This document shows positions 52,330 to 64,000 of a stretch of DNA of 64,000 bases, piece by piece. How positions within the stretch are numbered: position 1 is the first letter of the stretch; each line of letters begins with the position of its first letter. Under the pieces are notes generated by a model. It saw only the letters and a program-made list of their open reading frames with translations, was not told the DNA's origin and did not search any database. The position numbers and the translations under genes are program-made. This DNA is from Camelus ferus (taxonomy: Eukaryota), in contig NC_045696.1 of NCBI RefSeq assembly GCF_009834535.1, forward strand, positions 23,810,001-23,874,000. The letters run 5' to 3'.

Positions 52330-53600
52330 GTCATGCAACAAGTTGTTTTCTTGTGCCTTCATGCTTCAACTATTTCTTGAGCATCTACTATGTGCAAGAT
52401 ACATCTCTTTCTATCTCTCTCTCTCTCACACACACACACACAAACACACACACTTAGGATCAAAGCAGGCATTTTCCTTGTGCCCATCAGGTAGTCATTG
52501 AGATTATAGCCTCAGAGGGCAGGCAGACATTAATCAAATAATCAAGCAGGTAAAATGCATAATCACTAAATGCAATGAAAGAAGGAAAGGTATTTAGGAA
52601 TGTGAAATTAATTAAATTTAGTCTGGGAGAGAGGCAAGTGGTCAGAGAGAAGAATTCTCTGAGAAACTGACTTCTGAGCTGAAATCTGAAAAGTGACTGA
52701 GTTAATTAGAGAGAGACGTTGGAAAAGAGCATTCCAGGTGCAAAGCATCATGTCCAAAGTCCCAAGCCAGAAAGAAATAGGGCGATTTATGAAATGGAAG
52801 AGGAGCATTGTGGTTGGATCACAGAGCGTGAAGAGAGAGGTGCAGTAATGAAGCTGGATAAACAGGCATGGAACGAATTGTGCAGGGCCTTGGAGCCATT
52901 TTAGAAGTGTTAGCTTCTGTATTTTAAACAATTTTTTTTTTTTGCATTCTTTTTATTGAAATATAGTCAATTTACAATGTTGTGTCAATTTCTGGTGTCC
53001 AGCATAATGTTTCAGTCTTACATATACATACATATATTTGTCTTCATATTCTTTTTCATTATAAGTTACTACAAAATATTGGATATAGTTCCCTGTGCCA
53101 TATACTGTATACTGTATAGTAGAAACTTGTTGTTTATCTATTTTATATATAGTAGTTAGTATCTGCAAATCTCGAACTACCAATTTATCCCTTCCCACCC
53201 TCATCCTCCCCATAACCATAAGTTTGTTCTCTATGTCTGTGAGTCTGTTTCTGTTTTGTAAACAAGTTCATTTGTGTCTTTTTTTAGATTCCATATATAA
53301 GTGATATCATATGGTATTTTTTGTTAATTTTCTGGCTTATTTCATGTAAAGCTTCTGTCTTAAGAGCAAGGAAAATCCACTGGAGTGTTTTAAGTGGGGG
53401 AACCACATGATCTGGAGTGAAATTGCTCTGCCTCCAGTGTGGAGAATGAGTTGGATGGGATCTGAGCAAATACAAAGAAGTGTTATGGTGGCTCCTGCAG
53501 CAATCCAGGCAAGAGATGACAGAGTTTATCCTGGGATGATGGCAGTAGAGATGGAATGAATAGGCATTGCCAGAGTTGTGGGATGAAACTAGGTCCACAT
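52330..53600 (-). mobile_element. L2 3' portion interrupted by an L1
   Basis: 'tcaactatttcttgagcatctactatgtgc...ctgagctgaaatctgaa...gagcattccagg', resuming after 53350. Confidence 0.8.
52921..53349 (-). mobile_element. 5'-truncated L1 3' end
   Basis: Poly(T) and L1 3' UTR; AGCTTCTGT repeated at 52912-52920 and 53350-53358 as part of the TSD. Confidence 0.92.
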
Positions 53601-54216
53601 AGCTTTCTGCAAAGAGGATAACATCTTTTCAGGAGGGAATGGTTACAAATGATGAACATTACCTAGATTTTCCCTACTGTGTCCTGGTCATCATTGCATC
53701 TCTAGTACCTGGCATGGTGTGTGATAGTTCTTAATATATGTTTATTCAAGGAAAGATAGAAGAAAGGAAAAAAAGAAAGGAAGAAGAAAGTAGATGAACT
53801 TTCCAAGTTTTTAGTGGAAAGAAGCGTATCTTTGAAAGTGTCTTGAGGATCATTCAAAATTCAGAAATCCTTTGCTGATCTTCGATATAAAATAGCTTTT
53901 AAATCAAATGCAAAGATTGATGATTGACTGACTGACTGGTTGATTGATTTGTGTAGTGACTACTTTTAATAAGGGGCTGAAAGGGATGCTGGGGCCTTGT
54001 CTGGTTTCCAAGGAAAGGAAGCTGCACTCCTTGAACACTGTCTGCCATTGGTGTGCCGAGTAGAGAAGGGGGTAGACAAAGCACCACGTACAGCTTCTTC
54101 TATGACTTATGCTCTAACTGCTCGTGTGGCATCGTGACAGAGACTCTGTCTGCCCTCCCTGAAAGTTTCTTTCTGCTCACCTATTTTACGCCTCCTAATA
54201 CTTGTGTTATGTGAGT

Positions 54217-54218
<2 letters not shown>

Positions 54219-54260
<42 letters not shown>

Positions 54261-54278
54261 CATATACACACACACACA
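54219..54278. repeat. (CA)n microsatellite
   Basis: Directly visible. Confidence 0.95.
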
Positions 54279-55169
54279 TTTTGATATTGTTGTTCTTGTC
54301 TCAACTAGAATCATCATTCTTATGAAAATGACAGTTCAGTCTACAACAATGATTTTACTTTGACCACATTATCTGTTGATTCACTCTTTATAATGGATCC
54401 AAATGGTTAACTCATTTTTTTTTTAAATGGGAAAAGGTGGAACAGATTCAAGGGCCCATGAATTTCTATTGCCTTCCAAAAGCACCATTTTGGGATTGAG
54501 ATGAATCAATGTCTGTTTGTTCCACGTTCCTACCCAACTATCGATCCATTGCCTCCTCTTCCAGCAGCTTTTTTCCTACCTCCATAGAAACCTCTACTTC
54601 ACCGATGATCTGAACGCTACTCCTCTCCCTGCGGTGGGTAGATTCTCAGACCTAATCCATGATGATGTAAAAGCTCTTCCTATGAGTGCTGGAGAAGGAG
54701 TTTCTTTTTCTCCTCCACTTTTTGTCTTCAGGGATCTCTCAAGAATTGTGTATTTGGCCCCCAGAGTTCAGAAGTTCAGACTGCCATCTGAACCTTTCAG
54801 TTTATTCTATCAACATAGCTAACACACAGAGTTAATTCCCTCTGTCATTAAAAGATGACATTAATTGCTCCCAAATTCCCAGATGCAAGGAGACTGAACA
54901 GAAGTGAGCAAAGCTAATCTCCAACAGCCCCTGGATACTAAAACTTAACAGAAAATCCCAGAAGAAACCACTAGGCCCTTAGCAGGCTCCATTTGCCCCA
55001 GTACAACAATGTGGAGCATCAAATGATGAAATTCAGAGCAAGAATTATGCTACCATACTGCTTCTGCCTGGGAATGTATTGTTACTTTGCAGTCCAGAAG
55101 AATGAATGAATGAATATTTACTGGAATAAGAAATAGCAGAAAATACATAGTGGAATAAAATAGAAAGAA

Positions 55170-55595
55170 ATGTGCTGGAGGATTCTGGTGCTTACCCTTA
55201 GCTGGTTATTTTCTTCTTTCTGGCACAAAGGGAGAATTTGTACTTCTCTGCCCATACAATTAGGCTGTACCATGTGACCAGTTCCTAGAAAAAACATTGT
55301 GGAAAATATGATGTGTTCCCACTTCCAGGCCACAGCATTTAATTGCTGCTGTGAGCATTCCCACTCCCCGTCACATTGACCCAGACACTGCTTGCTACCA
55401 CTGATACAGCCACAGTGTGGTGGAGACAGACTCATCCGAGACCGCCAGGTGACTGTGTGGACAACAGTTGTTCTAGAAAGTCATCAGAAAACCACAGCAA
55501 AATGTACATGATTAGGAAATAAGTGTCTGCTGTGCTAAACCACTGACATTTGAGGTTCGCTCCCATAGCGTGACCTTCTCTCCCGCTTAATGCAG
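55170..55595 (+). mobile_element. Old MaLR LTR (MLT1H-J-like)
   Basis: 'ccatgtgaccagttc', 'cacttccaggccacagcatttaattgc', 'tgtgctaaaccactgacatttgagg'. Confidence 0.75.
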
Positions 55596-55817
55596 AAACC
55601 TTAGGAAAATTGTTAATTTCTTACCAAGGGCAACAGTACTACCAGATTTTGGATGGTTGCATCCAATACTAAAGAATTGTGAAAAGTTAAAATAAATAAT
55701 GATAATCTACATCTATTCCCCTGATTGTGTCTTGGTTCTGTGTAGGGAAGTTTGGGTTTGGAATGAGCTACCCTGCAGGTGGGGGGGGGGGTGATCTCAG
55801 ATACACTGCATCATTTT

Positions 55818-56765
55818 CTTTTAAAGTCAAGCTTATTGAAGTATAATTCACATGTGGTAAAATTCACTCTTTTAAAGCACAGAGTTTTATAAATTTTGAT
55901 GAATGTACATAGTTGTGCAACCCCTACTTCCATCAAGATATAGACAGACTATTCCTATCATTCCAAAAATTCTCCTTGTACTCCTTTGTAATCAGTCCTC
56001 TTCCTCCATCTCCAGCCCCCTGGCAATCACTACTCTGACTTATGTCCCTTTAATTTTGCTCTTTCTAGGTATTAATATTAGTGGAGTCACACAGTATATA
56101 AATCTTTTGTGTCTGGCTTCTTTCAGTTAGCATACTGTTTTTGAGATTCTTCCATGTTATCACCTTCATAGTTCATCCAGTTTGCTGCTGAGTAATATTT
56201 CATTGTCTGGCATTATCACAATTTGTTCATGAATTCACCAGCTGATGGACGCTTGGGTTGTTTTTGCTTTAGGGTAATTATGAATACAAAAATCTGTGTA
56301 CATTTACATACAAGTCTTTATGGGAACATGTGTTTTGTGTGAACATAATTTTAGGGAAATACTTGGAAGAGATATTGCTTGATCATAAGATAAGTGTATG
56401 TTTATTCTTCAAAATTATGTTTCAAAGTGTTTATACCATTTTGTATCACCATTAGTGGAACATATAGGAGTTTCAGATGCTCCACGTCCTCATCAGCACT
56501 TTGTATTATCAGTTTGAAACATTTTATCCACTCTAGGATGTGTAAGGCAGTACCTTACCTTAATTTTTAATTGGCTTTTCCCTAATGACTAATGATGTTG
56601 AACATCTTTTGATATACTTACCATTTAAATCTCTTCCTTGGTGAGTTGTTTGTTCAAATTATGTGCTCATTTTAAATTTTTTTGCCTTCTTCTTATTCAG
56701 TTATAGTGTTATAGATCTCCTAGAGGATATATTCTAGACACAAACCCCTTACCTGGTATTTCTTT
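55818..56765 (-). mobile_element. L1MB-like 3' fragment
   Basis: Antisense L1 3' end with 13-bp TSD ACTGCATCATTTT at 55805-55817 and 56766-56778. Confidence 0.9.
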
Positions 56766-58351
56766 ACTGCATCATTTTTTAATCAGATAAATTTAGGTTG
56801 AAAAAAAATGTTCTGAGGGATGAGAATATTAAATGGCAGGGGTAGAGTGCCAATCTGAGAAAACAATGGGGAGTAGTTTATCCCTCTGCTTTTCTGGAGC
56901 TCTGGGGAGAAGAACAATGCATAGAGGCAATATCCATGGCCTCACGCTTTCTTACGTATAGGTGGTGTAACTTCTCCATCACCTTTTTCTTTTTTTACCA
57001 TTATAACCACTTTGGGGCAGCATCCAGCCACATGTCCCAGATCTCTCAAGGTTTTGTCCCAGTTCAGGGTGTCTTCAAGACTGCTTTTGCAGGCACTCTT
57101 TTGTACAAATGTATGATTAAAAGATTTCAGCATTTTCTCCCACTATACATCTTATGCTATTCTCAGATAAAGAGCTTCCTAAAATTATATTTGATCTTGA
57201 TGGATCGTTGAAAAAAAAAAACCTTAGTAAATAGGAAAAATTGGTCGTCTTCTGGAAATGTTGTCTGCAGTTTCACTTTAAGTTGGTTGTTTTCCTTAGA
57301 ATCAAAGGTGTTCATCACAAAATTACTTATGATAATGAGGAAGCAGAATCATTCAGGTTTTTTTTTTCTCAAAGATACTTTGTAACCTCATTCTGAAAAT
57401 TGTGGTAACCTTATTTTTTATATTAATTTTTAATTTTTTTTACAGACACTTTCTAGGTTTGAAAAGTATTACCTCTGTAAGGTAAATAACTGAGTAACAA
57501 AGGAGCTCTGATACTTAGTTTGTAATTTTACATATAATGTCTATATTTCTGCTCATTTTCTTTTGGGTTAGGAAGAGCTGCACTCTAGAAGTTTATTTCC
57601 ATATATCATTGATAGTATTTATAATAATACCATTACATTTCATTTATTATTTATGAATATTGACAGATGAAGAATTTCTTCCATTGGAGTTGATAAATAT
57701 GTTAAGATTATGAGATTAATCACTGAAACTCTACCCTAAAAATGTGTTAAAAAGAATATGGTGAATTTAAAAACTATATTGAATTGTCAAGAGCATCAGA
57801 GGAAAAGTATTCATTGTACAGAATTTAAATCTCCTCAACCCTTCAATGGAACCCTACTTCCATGAAGAAGCATTATATTCTTTTCACTGTGCTTGATTCG
57901 TATCACACAAAATAATCCCCCTTCCCTTTCTATTATTCATAAAATGATTTTTAAGTTCTTTATTCTGTGCCAACAAAATTCATTTCCATGTAATGTCAAT
58001 ACGACTTAATATATGATGAAAGTAAATAGTGATTGAAATAGAATTTGTAAAATGCAAAAGGAAGATATGATCCTTAAAACCAATAAAGACAAAGCAAGAG
58101 ATAAAAACTAAGGCTGGCAGAGAATCTCTTGGGTTCAAGTCTTTTATTTCTTAACAGAGTAGAAGAAATTATAAGCAGCATTTTTGGTTTAGGACATCGG
58201 AGCCCTTAGGGAGCTGGGTCAAATCGAATGAAAAGGGACATGAAGGAAATAAAGCAGGAGCGGCTTTACTGCTTTGCAGCAGTAATAGCCATTTTTATTG
58301 AACATTTACTACATGCCAACCCTTTGTTTTTTGCTTTACACATGCTAGCTA

Positions 58352-59785
58352 CAGACAGCCCCTGACTTACAAATTGAAAGCTCAACCTACAATTTGTTAT
58401 GATGGTGCAAAAGCGATAGACATTCAGTAGAAAACTACTTTGAATTTTGATCTCTTCCCAAGCTAGTGTATGCGGTACAGCACTCTCCTGTGGTGCTGGG
58501 CAGCCAGCTTCAGCTCCCAGCTAGCCATGAGATCATGAGGGAAACAACCAGTACACTTACAACCATTTCAACCACTGTACCCGTGTAACAGCTCTGGTTT
58601 TCGCTTTCAGTCCAGTGGTCTATAAATTACATGAGATATTCAAATTTTTATTGTAAAATAGGCTTTATGTTAGAAGATTTTGCCAAACTTTAGGCTAATG
58701 TAAGTGTTCTGAGCACATTTAAAGTAGGCCAGGCTAATCTAAGATGTTCAGTAAGTTAGATGTGTTGACCTAAAACAAATAAATTGCCAGATATTTTCTC
58801 AGCAAAGATAGATTTATTCAGGATCAGCAGAGTTGCAACCTGGGGTCTACAGCTATGCTGAACCATGTAAAAGTACCTGCAGGGCAAGAGAACTCAAAAA
58901 ATTTTATAGAGGGGAAGAAGGAAGTTGGGAGGGATACAGTAAATGAAGAGAACATGGTTTTTTAATTCGCTGAGTCCTTTCCAGGAAAAAAGAGGAGTCT
59001 TTCTTCTTCCTGTTGGTCTCTGCTATCATTCTTCTGGGCTTCCAAATCTATTTAATTGGGTTTCCTGTTGATTTATTTTTTACATTTTCCCCTTTTGATC
59101 AGAACCTTTCTTTGAAGAGTCAGGTTTTATAGTTTCAGTGGCTTTTTGTCACTCAATGCCAGGAGGGACATTTCCTAGGGGTAGTGTCTTGTATTGGAGG
59201 GAAAGTGCACAGATTGGAAACCTACTGAGGTCATATTCAAGTAACAAGGAACGGTTGGAAGAAGAATTCTCAGGCACTTTTTATCTAAAGTCTATATGTT
59301 ATTAAAATCATAGACATTGGGGGATCATAAGAAGCAGTATGTCATCATCAAAGATTTAGTGACAATCTTCCAATGGACCTGGTCTGGATATCTTGGGAAA
59401 GCTGTCTTGTAATATGTCACCTGCTTCAATTTCAGGAAATCTTTACTTTCATGTCAGCAGCAGATGCACAGGTCCAATCTGGGTTCAGTAAATCTTTAGG
59501 ATTTACTTAGGTAAATCCAAGGGTCTATTTTTTAAAGTTTGGTGGCACAGTGTTGATTAGCAGTACCTGATGGGGCCTGCCCGGTGAGGTTGAAGTGAGT
59601 TCATCTGGAGGTGTCTTTTCCAATGGACAAAAATCTCCAAGTTGCAAGACATGTAAGCTATTTAATTGGGGTTTCTGTTTATTAATTTTTTACAAGTGTA
59701 TTAAATGCATTTTTGACTTACTATATTTTTCAGCTTACAGTAGATTTATCAGGGAGTAAACCTATCATCAATTGAGGAATCTCTA
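58352..59785. mobile_element. Tigger3 (Golem)-like DNA transposon split by an ERV1 insertion
   Basis: TA|CAGACAGCCCCTGACTTAC start and 'tttatcagggagtaaacctatcatcaattgaggaatctc' end; the two halves join across 58763-59694. Confidence 0.85.
58763..59694 (-). mobile_element. Internally deleted ERV1 provirus
   Basis: 3' LTR 58763-59084 (TG...CA); polypurine tract AAAAGGGGAAAA (59085-59096, minus strand); integrase C-terminal remnant HVLQLGDF/VHWKRHLQMNSLQPHR/GPHQVLLIN...IDPWI; 37-bp 5' LTR stub at 59658-59694. Confidence 0.88.
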
Positions 59786-61064
59786 TAGTTTAATCCTTAC
59801 AATGACACAATGAGATTGATAATATTCTTAGACCCATTTTACAGATTAGGAAACCAAGATTACACAGCTAGTTTTATCCAGTAAGCTACGCTACCTCTCA
59901 CTTAAGTTATTTAGTAGCTCAAAATGATCCTATCTCATAATTTATTATTATAAGTAGTAGTATTTGTATTAAGTGTCACTAGCCGAAACTTTGTAAAGAA
60001 ATCTGATTTCTGTTTTCAGAGAATTTTTAGCCAATGGGTCATCTACAGATTGGATCTATAAAATAATTTTAATAATTAAAAAAATACAAAAACATATAAA
60101 TTCTAATGTATATTGCCCTCAGGGTGGTCACCTTAGAAGATCTTACATTCTGTGCAAACATGCCATCATTGTTCAAAATATTTTTACATTCTCTTTTTGA
60201 GTTGTCTTGGAAAACTGGACATTTTTTGAGTGCTTATAATGGTATATAATTAAGTCTTTTAAACGTAGATTTGAATGCTGGAAATAAGTAGATAAAAACT
60301 GAGGTCATCTAATTAAGATAAAGATCCAAACAAGAATGAGTTCTTGTTGTGACTTGAGCTGGCACTTATTTCAGATTTAAAATGTTTAGAGAAGGGGGGG
60401 TGATGGCGATTCTGTAGTTCACCTAGTCGTGCCGCTTACTAAGGTGAGTACAACCTTGAAGGAGCAGCATCTGGTAATGCACGATTTGATATGCTTTATT
60501 AGAGCAGACAGTAATAACAGCTTACAGATCTGTGCTTAATATCTTGCTTTAACTCCTAAGTGGCTTGGATGTTCCTGAGTTAATAATAGAACCACTGCTT
60601 GAATGTTTCACACTGAACCTAACAGTAGGAAGGATTAATCACTATTGTTTATACTATTCAGTATAGAACAGAGATTTTTCTCTAAGTTAACTTTATTTAT
60701 GGATATCATATATTTCTCTATTAAATTCTGTTAAAAAGGAATTCAATTTCTCCTTTCTGAATGAAATGTGCAAACTCCTGCCTATTCTTGAATAACAGAT
60801 AAGTGAAAGGGAAAGCACATTTCGAGCTATGTTCTTTTTGTCACTTTGTATGGTCATGTAGGCTGCGCCATCTAAAACTGCACACACTAGGAAAGTGTCC
60901 CATTTATTCATTATTATGGGCTGAAATGAAATAAAACATTTTTATTTTTAGTAATATTTTCAGGGCACCAGTGTTAGCCAAAGAAATAAAAAGCATAATT
61001 TAGATAAAGTTTAGTGTTTCAGGATAATTTCTAAGAGTCCCATCTAGCAATATTTGATGTAGAC

Positions 61065-61261
61065 CAGTGGTTCTCAACTAAGAACAATTCCTTGACCCTG
61101 GGAACATTTGACTTGTTTGTTGTCATATCTGAGGGGAGTGTTACTGGTATCTGAGGGGTAGAGGCCAGGGATGCTGCTAAACAACTGATGATAGGATATC
61201 AAAAGGATGCACCAGGGTATCCAGCCCAAAATAGCAGTCGTGCCGAGGCTGAGAAGCCTTG
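61065..61261. mobile_element. MER20 hAT-Charlie MITE
   Basis: CAGTGGTTCTCAAC start, 'gggtagaggccagggatgctgctaaaca', end 'gccgaggctgagaagccttg'. Confidence 0.9.
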
Positions 61262-61374
61262 CTTTGGAGTAGGTGAACTGATAATGAAGACAATAGCAAT
61301 AGTAAGTTAAAATGTTTACATGGGGATACAGACACAAATGTAAGGTAAACAGGTAATCTTTAAAATAAGTTTCT

Positions 61375-62105
61375 ACTCTAATTCAAAAAGACACCTGCAC
61401 CCCAATGTTCACAGCAGCACTATTTACAATAGCCAAGACATGGTAACAAACTAAATGTCCATCCACAGATGACTGGATTAAGAAGTTTTATATATTTATT
61501 TAAATATATACACACATGCACACACACACACACACACACATACACAGAAATACACACAGACACATAAATACATACACATATATATACACACACATACATG
61601 TATATATACACATACATACAGGTATGTGTGTATATCTATATCTATCTATCTATCTATCTACACAATTTAATACTAGTCAGTCACAAAAACAAATAAAATA
61701 ATGCCATTTGCTGCAACATGGGTGAAACTGGAGATCGTTATTCTAAGTGAAGCAAGCCAGAAAGAGAAAGAAAAATACCATATGATATCACTTATATGTG
61801 GAATCTAAAAAAAAAGACACAAATGAACTTACCTGCAAAACAGAAACAGAATCACAGACATAGAAAACAAACTTATGGTTACCAGGGGGGAAGAGGATAG
61901 AAAGAGATAAATTGGTAGTTTGAGATTTGCAGATATTAACAACTATATATAAAATAGATAAACAACATTTTCTACAATATCTTGTAGTAACCTATAATAA
62001 AAAGAATATGAAAAGGAATATATGTATGTATATGTATGACTGAAACATTATGCTGTACATCGGAAATTGACACAACATTGTAAATTGAATATACTTCAAT
62101 AACAT
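61375..62105 (+). mobile_element. 5'-truncated L1 3' end with internal CA/TA/TATC microsatellite
   Basis: 'tgcaccccaatgttcacagcagcactatttacaatagccaagacatgg' through 'aattgaatatacttcaataa'. Confidence 0.93.
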
Positions 62106-62212
62106 TCTTTCTCAAAATTTAAAATAAATTTTTAGAATGCCAAATGTAGTATCACAGTATTACCTTTTCAACATTCAAGATTCATTTAGGATAGTAGTTC
62201 TAAATCACCTAC

Positions 62213-62602
62213 TATAGTGAGTTGAATGATGGTCCCCCGAAAGATACGTCCACCTGGATCCTGTGGATGTGACATTACTCGGAAAAGCCATCTTTGTAGA
62301 TGTAATTGAATCAAGAGTTCTGACATGAGATCGTCCTGAATTACCTAGGTTGCCCCCAAATTCAATGACAAGTGTCCTAATAACACATAGAAGGAAGAAA
62401 GTCCAGGAGAGACACCCCTATGAAGACAAAGGTAGAAACTGGAATTATGTAGCCACAGGCTGAGGAAGGCTTGGACCCACCAGAAACTGGAAGAGGCAAA
62501 GAAGGATTTTCCTCTAGAGTTTTCTAAAGGAGCACAGCCTTGCTGACAGCTTGGATTTCAGACTTTGGTTTCCAGAACTTTGACAGGAAAAAAAAAAAAA
62601 AA
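62213..62602 (+). mobile_element. MaLR LTR (MLT1C-like), 3' end missing
   Basis: 'gttgaatgatggtcccccgaaagatacgtccac...ccaccagaaactggaagaggcaaagaaggattttcctctagag'. Confidence 0.85.
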
Positions 62603-64000
62603 CACTTCATGGACACAGGAGGCCTGGGATAGTTGAAAAGGTCAGAGTGGCCCTATCAGAACTCTTAAATCCCGCCAATAGGATGGGCCAAAAGAATACT
62701 GAGCCAACGTAGTCTCTCTGGGAGCCCTCTACTGGACATTATGTTCAGCCAGACGCAACTGGCCATGAGGGATGAGCTCTATATAGACACTTGTCCAAAA
62801 GCCAAGACCAGAACCAAAATACACTTAAAAGGTCAAGGCCAGACAGGTGAAGTTTATTAGGACACTTACCCAATGGCTTCATCTCATTGTGAATGTGAAG
62901 AACATAGTGTAGTATGTAGCACATCCGGACAGAAATAAGCCCGCTTGCAAGAGAATTCTTTCAGGATTACATTCTACCTGTTTTTCTCTCTTGGGAACAG
63001 CAGAATCACAAGGCTAGTATGGAGCACCTACTAAGTCTAGGATTCACTCATCCAGCAAATACTCATTGAATCTGATGTTCTAGATGTCTGTCCATGGAGC
63101 CCCACTGTGGGTTCTTTAACTCAGGACTTTATGACATGGACAAATGGATGTGCTGATAGTGACTGACCCAAAGATTAATAATGAGAGCCATGTAGAGTTG
63201 GTCATGTGCCTCCCTGGACATGAGAAACTATATGCAAATATGGCATTGGTGTTTGCCACTCCATTTCCTGTAGAATAAGAAGCTAGGAATAATCTTTAAC
63301 CAGCATGGCTGAAAGAGAAGTGTTCTTTTTTCCTATTATTTTTTCCCTTACAAAGTCAGTTTTGAGATTTATGCTCCTTTCTTTAAAGAGCTTATTATCA
63401 ATCAAACTTACTCATTGTACATCCTTATTCCAAATGCAATATCTAATTATGTATATCTTCACTTGATTTTTATTAGGGATTTGTTTTTCTTCATGATTTC
63501 TTGGAGATTTCTGGGTGGAGCTTGGAGATCAATTCTCAGTGCTACACATACTTTATTGGGTGACTGTTGGATTAGCATTCTTATCTCTGGAGTGGTATGG
63601 AAAGGGTGCTTTAAATCCCCTTTGGTGAGAAAATTACTCCTTGCTCAGAAAGCGATGAGCAAAGAGACTCGCTCTTGGTCAAAATCTTGGGTGCCATGAT
63701 GCTTCCTGTTTGACAAAATTGACTGTCTCCTGAGCATTGGCTTATCAGCCTTCAGCATTCAGGGGTGATTTAAGCAGAAGCTGTACAGGTTAGTCACTTC
63801 ATAGCTAACCGTTTTCATGGGGTACAAAAGCATTGCTGTGGCTTTGGGGTGAAAAGGGTTGTGCTTTAGGAAGTCTTTACTAACTCGCTTGAAGTCTTAG
63901 GAATGTATTTCATAATTTATACTTTTAAAAAACTCATTGGTTCACTTATTTAAAAAATCAAAATAGTTTTCTAACCCTTGCCTATAGTTGTGTATACTTA

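Noticed and set aside
1..64000. CRISPR arrays, rRNA, operons or other prokaryotic systems
   Set aside because: Mammalian repeat-rich DNA; no regularly spaced repeats or long ORFs seen

Overview
AT-rich mammalian genomic DNA, very probably camelid (a tRNA-derived Vic-1-type SINE and young L1 3' ends of camelid type, recognised from memory rather than by search). I find no intact protein-coding gene, and the supplied ORFs are chance frames or repeat-derived. The window is mostly interspersed repeats: L1, L2, CR1/L3, MIR, MaLR/ERVL/ERV1 LTRs, Tigger and hAT DNA transposons. Four things stand out. (1) An old processed cytochrome c (CYCS) pseudogene with a long 3' UTR is split by a solo LTR, which itself carries a young L1. 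(2) A CpG-rich CR1-LINE reverse-transcriptase remnant at about 38.0-38.7 kb (minus strand) looks like an exapted conserved non-coding element. (3) A young L1 carries a 3' transduction and faces a near-identical inverted L1. (4) An internally deleted ERV1 provirus sits inside a Tigger3. Repeat subfamily names and most boundaries are approximate and need RepeatMasker/Dfam confirmation.
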